Origin: Vulcanimicrobiota bacterium | GTDB taxonomy: Bacteria > Vulcanimicrobiota > Vulcanimicrobiia > Vulcanimicrobiales > Vulcanimicrobiaceae | Direction: 5' to 3' | Assembly: GCA_964658425.1 (NCBI GenBank) | Contig: CAZZYZ010000001.1 | Location: 1 to 58,647 of the forward strand | DNA: 58,647 nucleotides | Part shown: positions 1 to 8,146 of the stretch, piece after piece | How positions within the stretch are numbered: the first letter of the stretch is position 1 | How the letters are laid out: the number at the start of each line of letters is the position of its first letter | Notes under the pieces: generated by a model | What the model was told of the DNA's origin: nothing | The model's input: the letters and a program-made list of their open reading frames with translations, nothing else | Database searches by the model: none | Program-made: the position numbers and the translations under genes

Positions 1-150
1 CGGGCGCTCCCGGGGATGCTGCCGCAGCGGGCGGACGTCTTGCCCGGCGGCGGTCTGCTCCTCGCGGCCGCCTACGCTCGCCTCGGCGTGCGCGAGGCGC
101 TGCTCGAGCGCAACGACCTGCTCCTCGGGCACCTGCTCGCGACGCACTGA
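1..150 (+). CDS. C-terminal fragment (49 codons + stop) of a gene starting upstream of the window; the tail resembles the end of a Ppx/GppA-type phosphatase domain
   Basis: Frame 1 is open from nt 1 to TGA 148-150 with G/C-dominated third positions. Translation: RALPGMLPQRADVLPGGGLLLAAAYARLGVREALLERNDLLLGHLLATH. The RADxxPxG..LL...LG pattern is recalled from Ppx/GppA proteins; the family call is tentative. Confidence 0.35.
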   Translation, partial: RALPGMLPQRADVLPGGGLLLAAAYARLGVREALLERNDLLLGHLLATH

Positions 151-200
151 ACGCGCGGGAAGCGACCGGGCCCCGTGCGTCGAACGACCGGGACAGCCCT

Positions 201-506
201 GGGATGATGGTGGAATCGGTAGACACAGCAGACTTCAATTGGAGCCGGCCGCACGGAAACGGCGGTCGGGATGCGCTCAAAGTCGGTGAACTCTTCGCGG
301 CCGGTGCCGCATGACGACGCCGAGCCAAGCCGTCCGCGCGAGCGGCGGAAGGTGTAGAGACTGGACGGGCGCGGCCTACGTGTCGCAAGGCATAGGGTCA
401 AGGCACAGTCCGGACCATCAAACGCCGCGAGGCGGTGGCGAAAGCCATAGTGGTGCGAAAATTTGCCGCTCGTGAGAGCATCCGAGTTCGAGTCTCGGTC
501 GTCCCA
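201..506 (+). tRNA. trnL: tRNA-Leu(UAA) split by a 222-nt intron in the anticodon loop (exon 1 = 201-235, exon 2 = 458-506)
   Basis: The joined exons give an 84-nt type-II cloverleaf. Acceptor gggatga/tcgtccc (one G.U). D-stem gtg/cac with a GG-containing loop. Anticodon stem gcaga/tttgc (one G.U). Loop c-t-T|A-A-a-a gives anticodon TAA. Long variable arm gctc-gtga-gagc. T-arm ccgag-ttcgagt-ctcgg. Discriminator a506. CCA is not encoded. Confidence 0.9.
236..457 (+). ncRNA. Group I (IC3-like) intron inserted between anticodon nt 34 and 35 of tRNA-Leu(UAA); no internal ORF
   Basis: Splice-site U235 can form a U.G wobble with G242 in a short P1 hairpin (233-236/241-244). P2-like hairpin 245-269 is capped by GAAA. 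Core strings: ctcaaagtcgg (276-286), gagccaagcc (322-331), cagtcc (406-411). GNRA hairpins cgcc-gcga-ggcg (423-434) and tggc-gaaa-gcca (436-447). Terminal G457 abuts exon 2. The insertion site and the 35-nt exon 1 match my recollection of the cyanobacterial/plastid trnL intron. Confidence 0.8.
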
Positions 507-599
507 GCAGGGCCGAATCGCCGGCGCACGTAAGCGCCCCGGGTTCGGTCGCACCGCGGCGCGGACCAGTAGCGTCCCCGCCCCGCCGAAAGAGATCGA

Positions 600-2171
600 T
601 TGAAGCTAGTACCACGTTTCGCCGCCGGCACCGCCGCGCTCGCGATCGCCCTCATCGCGTTCGACCGGACCCCCGCCCACGCGAAGGGGAAGCCGGCCGA
701 AGCCTCGCCGTCGCCCGCCGCGAGCGGCTCGCCCGCTCCGTTGCCGACGGCGACGCCGGAGCCGCCCGAGGTCGCCGTTCCCCGGCTCGAAGCGAAGGTT
801 AAGGCGAATCCGAACGACCAGGATTCGCTGACCCAGCTCGCCGGTTACTATCTCGCGCAGAATCGGCCCCAGCAGGCGCTCGCGCTCACGCAGCGCCTGC
901 TCGCCATCGGCTCGAAATCGGCGCAGACCTACTTCTTGGACGGCGCGGCGAACGAGGCCGTCGGCCGGCTGCCCGAGGCGACCGTCGATTTCGAACAAGC
1001 CGCGAACCGCGAGCCGACGAATTCCCAGGTGCTGCTGACGCTCACCGATCTCTACAATCGTGAGAACCGACCGGCCGACGCCGAGCGCGTCGCGAAGCGC
1101 GCGACCACGTTCAATTCGACGGATCCGCGCGTCTTCGAAAACTACGGGCTGGTCCTCGCGCAAGAGAATAAATTCGACGATGCGCGCACGCAGTTCGAAG
1201 CCGCGGCGAAGCTCGCTCCGAAAGATCCGATGCCGCTGATTCTGGAAGCGCGCTCGTACATCTCGCAAAAGGCGCTCGCGCTCGCCGTGCAAGAGTTCGA
1301 TCGCGCGCTCGTCGTCGATCCGAAGAATCCCGACGCGATGCTCGGCAAGGCGCGCGTCCTCGCAGCCGATCACAACGTCAAAGATGCGATCGCCACGTAC
1401 GAGCAACTCTTCGCGATCGTCCCGACGGACGATGCGAAAGTCGCCGTCCTCGTCGAGGAATATCAGGTCTATCGCGATGCGAAGCAGTTCGACGACGGGC
1501 TCGCGGTCCTCAAGCGCGGCGAACAGCTCTTTCCGAAGGTCCCCGCGATCCACATCGCCTACGGCGATTACGACGTCGCGATCGCGAAGAATCAGGCGGC
1601 GGGCGAGGCCGAATGGAAGACCGCGCTCGGCCCCAATCGCGACAGCCCCGAAGCCCTGACGCGGCTCGCGGAACTCGCGCTACAGAATAAAAAACCCACC
1701 GATGCGATCGGCTATTTCAAGCGCCTGACCGAAGTCGTCCCGAACGATCCGGCCGCGTGGAACACGTACGGCCAGATCAACGCGCAGTCCGGGAACTTCT
1801 CGGCCGCTCACGATGCGTTCCGGCACGCCTTCGAGATCGCGCATACGCCGCAAGCGCTCGCGGGCGTCGGCACGTCCGATCTCGAGCTCAAGAACTTCAA
1901 GGAGTGCACGCAGATCTTCGACGCGATCGACAAGAACGCGAACCCGTTCATGAAGGCGAATCCGCAGCTCTATTACGTGTACGGCAAATGCGCGATCGGC
2001 AACAACGACAAGCCTCGCGCGAAAACGGCGTTCACGAGTTTGCGCGCGCTCGTCAAGAGCGGCACGCCGCTCGCGAAATCGATCGACACCGAGCTCAAGA
2101 CGCTCAATGCGAACGCACCCGCGAAACCGAAACCGAAACCGCAACCGCACGCGTCGGCCGCGGCACACTAG
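600..2171 (+). CDS. Secreted tetratricopeptide (TPR) repeat protein
   Basis: 523-aa ORF with a TTG start. N-terminal signal peptide (KLVPRFAAGTAALAIALIAF..AHA). Repeated TPR-like A/L/Y-rich 34-aa units throughout. Pro/Lys-rich tail. Confidence 0.8.
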   Translation: MKLVPRFAAGTAALAIALIAFDRTPAHAKGKPAEASPSPAASGSPAPLPTATPEPPEVAVPRLEAKVKANPNDQDSLTQLAGYYLAQNRPQQALALTQRLLAIGSKSAQTYFLDGAANEAVGRLPEATVDFEQAANREPTNSQVLLTLTDLYNRENRPADAERVAKRATTFNSTDPRVFENYGLVLAQENKFDDARTQFEAAAKLAPKDPMPLILEARSYISQKALALAVQEFDRALVVDPKNPDAMLGKARVLAADHNVKDAIATYEQLFAIVPTDDAKVAVLVEEYQVYRDAKQFDDGLAVLKRGEQLFPKVPAIHIAYGDYDVAIAKNQAAGEAEWKTALGPNRDSPEALTRLAELALQNKKPTDAIGYFKRLTEVVPNDPAAWNTYGQINAQSGNFSAAHDAFRHAFEIAHTPQALAGVGTSDLELKNFKECTQIFDAIDKNANPFMKANPQLYYVYGKCAIGNNDKPRAKTAFTSLRALVKSGTPLAKSIDTELKTLNANAPAKPKPKPQPHASAAAH

Positions 2172-2178
2172 CGCCTCG

Positions 2179-3192
2179 ATGATCGTCGTCTACGACGAAG
2201 CGTACACGGAACATCTGCGGAACGTCTCGCACGTCGAATCGCCCGATCGCGTCGCGATCGTCGCCGCGCGGCTCGCGGAGCTCGGGCTCTTCGGCGAGCG
2301 GACCGCCGCCCGCGACGCGACCGATGCGGAACTCGAACTCGTCCATCCGCACGCGTACCTCGAGCGCGTGAAGCGCGACGTCGCGACGGTCGGGGATCGC
2401 GCGGGCTACCTTTCGACGGGCGACACCGTCGTCGATGCGTCGTCGCTCTCGGTCGCGCGGCGCGCGACGGGCGGCGCGATCGTCGCGATGGAGCGCGCGG
2501 TCGCGGGCGACTGCGCGACGTTCGCGCTCGTGCGGCCGCCCGGCCATCACGCCGAAGCGTCGCGCGGCATGGGATTCTGCGTGTTCGGAAACGCGGCCGT
2601 CGCCGCGCGGGCATTCGTTGGAAAGACGGGCGGCCGCGCGCTCGTCGTCGATTTCGATTACCATCACGGGAACGGAACGCAATCGGTCGCGGGTGACGGC
2701 GTCTCGTTCGTTTCCACGCACGCGTTCCCGGCCTACCCCGGCAGCGGCGGCCCGAACGAACAACGCTTCGATTCCGGCGGTGCGATCGTCAACGTCCCGC
2801 TGACCGCCCATTCGTACGGTACCGAAGCATTCGTCGCCACGTGGCAGCGTTTGCTCCCGGCCGTCGCCGCGCGCGTGCGGCCCGATCTCATCGTCGTGAG
2901 CGCGGGCTACGATTTCGCGGCGGGCGATCCCGTCGGAGATCTCGGCGTCGATGCCGTCGTTGCCGCGCGCGCGCTCGCGGAGCTCGTCGCGGACGTCGCG
3001 CAGACGTATTCGCGCGGGCGCGTCGCGTACTGCCTCGAAGGCGGATACGACCCCGAGACGCTCGCGGCCGCGATCGCCGAAACCGTGCGAACGCACGCGT
3101 CGACGGCCGGCGTGACCGATCGCGCGGATATCGGCTCGATCCCGGCGGAGCAGTCGCGATTGATCGATCGGGCGCAGGCGTGGGTCTCGTAG
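2179..3192 (+). CDS. Histone deacetylase-family (AcuC/HDAC-like) Zn-dependent deacetylase
   Basis: Internal ATG 2179 (MIVVYDEAY...) of track ORF 2107-3192. Motifs RPPGHHA, DFDYHHGNGTQ and the EGGY tail are typical of the arginase/deacetylase superfamily. Confidence 0.9.
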   Translation: MIVVYDEAYTEHLRNVSHVESPDRVAIVAARLAELGLFGERTAARDATDAELELVHPHAYLERVKRDVATVGDRAGYLSTGDTVVDASSLSVARRATGGAIVAMERAVAGDCATFALVRPPGHHAEASRGMGFCVFGNAAVAARAFVGKTGGRALVVDFDYHHGNGTQSVAGDGVSFVSTHAFPAYPGSGGPNEQRFDSGGAIVNVPLTAHSYGTEAFVATWQRLLPAVAARVRPDLIVVSAGYDFAAGDPVGDLGVDAVVAARALAELVADVAQTYSRGRVAYCLEGGYDPETLAAAIAETVRTHASTAGVTDRADIGSIPAEQSRLIDRAQAWVS

Positions 3193-3656
3193 TCTTCGCG
3201 CTTCGCGTGTCGCTCGGCGCGCTACTCGTCGTCGCGGGGATCCTCAAAGCGCTCGACGGCCCGACTGCGGGTGCGTCGCTCGTCGCGGGCTATCGGATGG
3301 TCCCCGCGCCGCTCGTCGCGCCGGTCGGTGTCGCGCTGCCGTATCTGGAGATCTTTCTCGGCACCTATCTCGTGCTCGGGCTCTTCACGCGGCCCGTCGC
3401 AGCCGTCGTGACGCTGCAGTTCGGCGCGTTCGCGATCGCCGTCGCATCGCTCGTCATCCGGCATATCCCGGCGAATTGCGGCTGCTTCGGATCCGCGATC
3501 CCGACGCCGCCGACGTGGGCGCACGTCGCGGCCGATCTCGCGCTCGCGGCGGTCGCCGCCGCGATCGTCGGTTTCGCACCCGGACGATACGCGCTCGATC
3601 GCGTGCTCCGGCCGAGCGGTAGCATCGCCTCGTTCCCCGAAACGGAGACGTCATGA
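3180..3656 (+). CDS. MauE/DoxX-family integral membrane protein
   Basis: GTG 3180 within track ORF 2841-3656, overlapping the deacetylase stop. About four hydrophobic helices and a CGCFG motif typical of MauE-like proteins. Confidence 0.7.
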   Translation: MGLVVFALRVSLGALLVVAGILKALDGPTAGASLVAGYRMVPAPLVAPVGVALPYLEIFLGTYLVLGLFTRPVAAVVTLQFGAFAIAVASLVIRHIPANCGCFGSAIPTPPTWAHVAADLALAAVAAAIVGFAPGRYALDRVLRPSGSIASFPETETS

Positions 3657-4300
3657 ACCGAGCGGACCGTCGTAACACCATCCCGTCGCGTGCGGAACTC
3701 GAAGCGCAGGCGAAGCGCAAGCGCACGATCCTCTTCGCCTCGCTCGGACTCGTCGCGATCCTGATCGTCGTCGCGATCGCGCTCGCATCGAACGTCCCGA
3801 AGACGGCCTCGCTCGCGCCGCAGAACGCGAAGCTCGCGGTCGGCGCGCAAGCGCCCGAATTCCAAGTCGCGACGACGGGCGGCGCGTTCGACCTCGCGCA
3901 CGCCGGCGGCAAGCCGACGCTCTTGGAAGTCTTCGCGACGTGGTGCCCGCACTGTCAGCGCGAGACCGCCGTCCTCAACGCGGTCGATGCGAAATATCAC
4001 GGCCGCGCGAACGTCGTCGCCGTCTCCGGAAGCCCGTACGGCATGGACTCGACGACGCCCGAGAATCAGGCCGACGTCGTCGGCTTCATGCAGAAGTACA
4101 GCGTGACGTATCCGATCGCATTCGATCCGAATCTCTCGGTCGCGAACGCGTATCTGCAGGGCGGCTTCCCGACGATCGTGCTGATCGGAGCCGACGGCAA
4201 GATCCAATCGATCACGAGCGGCGAAGTCGCACGCGCCTCGATCGACCGCGCGCTCGACGCTTCGGTCGCCGGAAAGAAGCCCAGCCCGACGATGTCGTAG
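3653..4300 (+). CDS. TlpA/ResA-like membrane-anchored thiol:disulfide oxidoreductase (thioredoxin fold)
   Basis: 215-aa ORF with an ATGA overlap with the upstream gene. N-terminal TM anchor. WCPHC active site. Confidence 0.9.
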   Translation: MNRADRRNTIPSRAELEAQAKRKRTILFASLGLVAILIVVAIALASNVPKTASLAPQNAKLAVGAQAPEFQVATTGGAFDLAHAGGKPTLLEVFATWCPHCQRETAVLNAVDAKYHGRANVVAVSGSPYGMDSTTPENQADVVGFMQKYSVTYPIAFDPNLSVANAYLQGGFPTIVLIGADGKIQSITSGEVARASIDRALDASVAGKKPSPTMS

Positions 4301-4332
4301 GCCGGCCGCGCGTCTCGCAAATCCGAACGTCG

Positions 4333-4791
4333 TCAGTCGGTAAGCTTCAGCATCATCTCGTCCGCGGACGAGAACCCGACCGCACCGTAGAGCGCGCGCG
4401 CTTCGTCCGACGGGCGAAGCGAGAGCGAGATGAGGTTCGCCGCGCGTGCGTCCTCGAGCAGCAGCTTCATCATCGCGAGCGCGACGCCGGTCCGGCGCGC
4501 GTCCGGGACGACGTACACGGATTGGACGCGGCCCGCACGCTCGGAATCCAGATGCGGCCGCGGCATCGCCGCGTGGATGAGAAACCCCGCGGTCCCGATC
4601 GCTCGACCGTCACGTTCCGCGACCCGCGCGACGTACGTCCCGCCCGCGAGATGACCCGCTAAAAATGTCGTCCACGCCGGGAGCACCTCTCGGATCTCCG
4701 AGACGCTCCATCCGCTGACTTCTCGCCACACGGCCGCACGATGCTCCGCGAGCAACGAAGCATCAGCGACCGAAGCGTGCCGAATCGTCAT
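4333..4791 (-). CDS. GNAT-family N-acetyltransferase
   Basis: Internal ATG (MTIRHASVADA...) of track ORF 4333-4848. Acetyl-CoA binding-type segment VVPDARRTGVALAMMKLLLEDA. Confidence 0.8.
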   Translation of the reverse strand: MTIRHASVADASLLAEHRAAVWREVSGWSVSEIREVLPAWTTFLAGHLAGGTYVARVAERDGRAIGTAGFLIHAAMPRPHLDSERAGRVQSVYVVPDARRTGVALAMMKLLLEDARAANLISLSLRPSDEARALYGAVGFSSADEMMLKLTD

Positions 4792-4989
4792 CGCCCGCAT
4801 TTCTCGCCGCCCCCCACGCCATCCGCCGCCCACGCGCCGCCACCGCAACGATCCGTCTCATAGCGCAACCGACCCCGCCACCCCGCGTCGCGCAACGCAA
4901 CATCACGTGACGTTATTTACCTCGGCATCAAACCCACCGAACGCACCGACGCTCGTGCCTACGAAAGACGCGAGGACGGTCCGTCCCCA

Positions 4990-6033
4990 CTAAGGAACGA
5001 CGCTGATGGCGATCGATACCAACTCCGGCAGCAGCAGATCGCCGACGAGGGCGAAGTGCAATCCCTCTTCGTTCCAGGTCAGGAGCGTCGTCGGGCCGTC
5101 TTCGACGTACTCGGCATCGTGATTGTCGAAGCGCGTCGTCTTGGGGCGCAGCGTTCCGAAATCGGCGGCGGCGCCGCGCGCGTTTTCGAAGAGCGAGATC
5201 GACCGTAGCCCGTCGCTGTAGACGAGCTGCAACGTTCGCACTCCGTCCACCGTCGTGACCGCGGCGCTCGTTACCGCGAAGCCTTGCGGCAACACCTTGG
5301 GCTCGATCGGCTTGAAGCCGGCTTCCCTGAGCGCGCGCGCAACGTCGCTGGAAGGCGTCGCGAGATCGACGCCGGCCTGCTTCGTGTAGCCGGTCGGAAT
5401 CTCCGAATCGAAGACGTCCGGCGGGATCGCGGCGGTGAAGCCGATCTCTTCGAAGCGCGACTGGGCGGCGACCGAACCGTTCGCGTGATACTCTTCTTTT
5501 TTCAGCGCGAGATGCGACTCGCGGTCGAGCCAAATTCGAACGGCCCGTTCGCCCGTGTAGCGATTGACGAGGACGATCGAGATCGTCGGCCGGTCGGCGA
5601 CGATCCCCTCACCGTCGGCGACGACGCGATAGTTGCGCATGACGCGATCGAACTCGCCGGTCGGCGAGATCGCGTTATCGATCGTCGGATCGTGGCTGAT
5701 CGTGACGTTCTTGCGTTTCGTGTCGAACTCGTAATTCGTGAGCCCGCGCGTGACGACGTAATCGCCGTAGATCGATTCGGGCGCGAGGTACCAGCGCCGC
5801 GTCGCATCGGGTGCGAGATGTTCGATCTTGACGATCGTCGCGCTCGCGCGATTCGAGCTGAAGCGGACCGTATCGAATTGGCCGACGTACGAAACGGTGC
5901 GCGGAGCGTCGATGCTCTCGCGCAACAGCGTTTCGAGCGACGCGTCGCTCCCGGCAACGCTCGGTGCGGCGCCCGCGAGCCCGAAGGCCAGCGACGCCGC
6001 GGCGAACGAACCCGCGATCCTACGGCACGGCAT
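4990..6033 (-). CDS. RseB/MucB-like sigma-E regulatory protein (LolA-like fold), exported
   Basis: Internal ATG 6033 (MPCRRIAGSFAAASLAFGLAGA...) of track ORF 4990-6432. The start overlaps the anti-sigma stop by 14 nt. Domain pattern and position downstream of sigma/anti-sigma fit MucB/RseB. Confidence 0.75.
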   Translation of the reverse strand: MPCRRIAGSFAAASLAFGLAGAAPSVAGSDASLETLLRESIDAPRTVSYVGQFDTVRFSSNRASATIVKIEHLAPDATRRWYLAPESIYGDYVVTRGLTNYEFDTKRKNVTISHDPTIDNAISPTGEFDRVMRNYRVVADGEGIVADRPTISIVLVNRYTGERAVRIWLDRESHLALKKEEYHANGSVAAQSRFEEIGFTAAIPPDVFDSEIPTGYTKQAGVDLATPSSDVARALREAGFKPIEPKVLPQGFAVTSAAVTTVDGVRTLQLVYSDGLRSISLFENARGAAADFGTLRPKTTRFDNHDAEYVEDGPTTLLTWNEEGLHFALVGDLLLPELVSIAISVVP

Positions 6034-6574
6034 CGAACCTCTCGGTCGAGGCGAAGCCGACGTACTGCCGAGCGAGGAGCGCCGGCGCGGCGTTCGCCGC
6101 ACCGTCGCCGGCGCCGTCGACCATCGCGGTCTCCATGTTTTGCGGACCCGACGGCGCGGCGAACGGCGTCCGGCTCGCTTGGGCCGCATGCGCTTCCAAA
6201 TAATAGAGCGCGTCGATCTTCGGACTCGCCCCACCCGGATGCGCGAGCGGCGATGCGAAGTACCCGCCGACCAGGAGCGCCGCCGCGATCGGAATTGCGA
6301 ATGCGGGCCGTAAGAACGCGCGCATCCGCGCGAGCGTCGAGGGCCGGCCTTCGCGGATCCGCTGCCAGACGGCGGCCGAGACGAGCGACGGGAACTCGCG
6401 TTCGTCCGCGGCGAGCGAGACGCGCAGCGCATCGGCGAGCGAACGCTCCGCTTCGAGCTCCGCGGTACACACGTCGCAGGCCGCGACGTGGGCGTAGACC
6501 AGCGCGTCGTCGGCCGGGGCCAGTTCGCCGTGGAGGTAATCGATGAGGGAGTCGTTCGTAATGTGCTGATTCAT
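6020..6574 (-). CDS. Anti-sigma factor, zf-HC2 type, single TM
   Basis: Internal ATG 6574 (MNQHITNDSLIDYLHGEL...HVAACDVC) of track ORF 6020-6664. ATGA overlap with the sigma gene stop. TM segment AFAIPIAAALLVGGYF. Confidence 0.85.
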   Translation of the reverse strand: MNQHITNDSLIDYLHGELAPADDALVYAHVAACDVCTAELEAERSLADALRVSLAADEREFPSLVSAAVWQRIREGRPSTLARMRAFLRPAFAIPIAAALLVGGYFASPLAHPGGASPKIDALYYLEAHAAQASRTPFAAPSGPQNMETAMVDGAGDGAANAAPALLARQYVGFASTERFDAVP

Positions 6575-7143
6575 CGCTCTTGTTGCTGCTGCGCGCGTTC
6601 GACGAGGCGGCGGAGGAGGGACCGGGCCCGGTGCAATCGCGACCGCACGGTCCCGATCGAACATCCCATGATCTCCGCAATCTCTTGGTAGCTGTATTCC
6701 TCGATATCCGCGAGGAGAATGACTTGGCGTTGGTCGCTCGAGAGGCCGGCGAGTGCCTTGGACATCGATTCGCCGACCTGCCGTTCGACGAAATCGTCGA
6801 TCGGCGTGACCGCGAGCGGGCGGCTTCCGGCAAAACTTTGGGGCGCGTTGTCCTCGGGGAGCTCTTCATGGAAACGCCCTTTTCGTCTCCGAAGTTCGTC
6901 CCGATGGAGATTTGTCACGATCCGGTAGATCCACGAGAGGAACGACGTCCCGGGCTGAAATGAACGCCACGCGCGATAGACGCGGACGAACGCGTCCTGC
7001 GTGAGATCGCGCGCGTCGGCTTCGTTGTTCGTCAGTCGGAAGGCGAAGTTATACGTCGCCTTGCCGTACTGCTCCATCGCTCGCTCGAGAAACGCCGCCT
7101 GCTCCGGTGTCGGCGCCTCGAGCGGCGTTCGGGGTTCGGCCAT
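6571..7143 (-). CDS. ECF (group IV) RNA polymerase sigma-70 factor
   Basis: 190-aa ORF. Region 2 (DLTQDAFVRVYRAW, FLSWIYRIVTN) and region 4 HTH (SYQEIAEIMGCSIGTVRSRLHRAR). Confidence 0.95.
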   Translation of the reverse strand: MAEPRTPLEAPTPEQAAFLERAMEQYGKATYNFAFRLTNNEADARDLTQDAFVRVYRAWRSFQPGTSFLSWIYRIVTNLHRDELRRRKGRFHEELPEDNAPQSFAGSRPLAVTPIDDFVERQVGESMSKALAGLSSDQRQVILLADIEEYSYQEIAEIMGCSIGTVRSRLHRARSLLRRLVERAQQQQER

Positions 7144-7185
7144 CGCGCGATACTTACGACTGCCTGGGAAAAGCCCCCGCCAAAC

Positions 7186-8067
7186 TCAAGTCGCCGTGAT
7201 GACGAAAGGTGCCACGTGAAGCGTGCCGCCGCCGCGGAACTGAAGCCAGAGCTTATAGGCGCCGGTCTTGGGCGCATCGACGTGCAGGGCCATCTCGGGC
7301 GCGACCGCGGTATCCGGCGGTAGCGCCGGCATCGAGTCGGCTCCCATCGGCATCGCCATCGCCTTCATCGCTCCGGCTTTGGCGATCGGTGTCGGATGCA
7401 CGTGGAGGTACGCGAGCGTTCGCGCGTCGATGAAGACCGCGTGCGCCGCGCCGCCGAGGTAGGGCCGCAGGTCGGTCGCGGGCCGGCCGTCTTTCGTGAT
7501 CGAGACGTGCACCTCGCTCTCGTGCCCGGCGATGACGCGCAGCGACCCGAGCGTCACGCGGTACGGTCCAACCCGGGTGCTGCGCCCGGTCGGTGCGAGC
7601 GAGACGCGCGGCGCCGCCGCCGGAGACGCGACGCCGAAGGCGACCGGGAAACGGAAGACCTGTTGGCCGAGGCCGCGCGGATCGGTGTCGGCATAGACCT
7701 GATACGTCCCGGATTTCGGCACGTCGACCGTGATCGAGAAGCGCCCGCGTCCGTCGAGGGCGGGGTGATCGTGTTGGAACGTCGCGAGATCGTTTCCGAT
7801 CACGATGAGGTGCATGCGCTGCGTCATCTCGTCATCGAAGGTGCGCACCGGTCGGCCGTCGCTGTTCTCGGTGACGATCAGGCGCGCCGAGCGCGCGCCG
7901 AGCGGAACGACTTGCAGGCTCGCCGTAACGTTCGCGCGGCCCGACCGGCTCGCGAGCGCATCGATGCCGGCGATCCGCTCGACGGCCCCGGAAACGAGCG
8001 GGACGCACGCGACGACGCCGATCGAGAGTGCTGCGAGCAGACGGGGCGTTGCTGAGAACGATTGCAT
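7186..8067 (-). CDS. Secreted protein with two tandem beta-rich (Ig/YtkA-like) domains and a His/Met-rich loop; possible periplasmic metal binder
   Basis: Internal ATG 8067 (MQSFSATPRLLAALSIGVVACVPLVSG) of track ORF 7186-8226. Repeated MHLIVI..F.H.HP / YLHVHP modules. Loop HVHPTPIAKAGAMKAMAMPMGADSMP. Confidence 0.6.
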   Translation of the reverse strand: MQSFSATPRLLAALSIGVVACVPLVSGAVERIAGIDALASRSGRANVTASLQVVPLGARSARLIVTENSDGRPVRTFDDEMTQRMHLIVIGNDLATFQHDHPALDGRGRFSITVDVPKSGTYQVYADTDPRGLGQQVFRFPVAFGVASPAAAPRVSLAPTGRSTRVGPYRVTLGSLRVIAGHESEVHVSITKDGRPATDLRPYLGGAAHAVFIDARTLAYLHVHPTPIAKAGAMKAMAMPMGADSMPALPPDTAVAPEMALHVDAPKTGAYKLWLQFRGGGTLHVAPFVITAT

Positions 8068-8146
8068 ATGCGGCGCTTTGGCGAGGATGAGTATGCCCCT
8101 GCGCCGGCCGGAGCTTTCGTACCGCGAGACGAACGCGAGCCGACAC

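Noticed and set aside
72-655. Track ORFs on the minus strand (72-554, 398-655, 418-615) covering the tRNA-Leu/intron region
   Set aside because: They are Arg/Pro-rich translations with no recognisable family, and they lie antisense to a structured RNA gene. High GC alone explains long stop-free frames.
2124-2141. Tandem hexanucleotide repeat (aaaccg)x3
   Set aside because: It lies inside the TPR gene and simply encodes the Pro/Lys-rich tail (PKPKPKPQP). It is not an independent repeat element.
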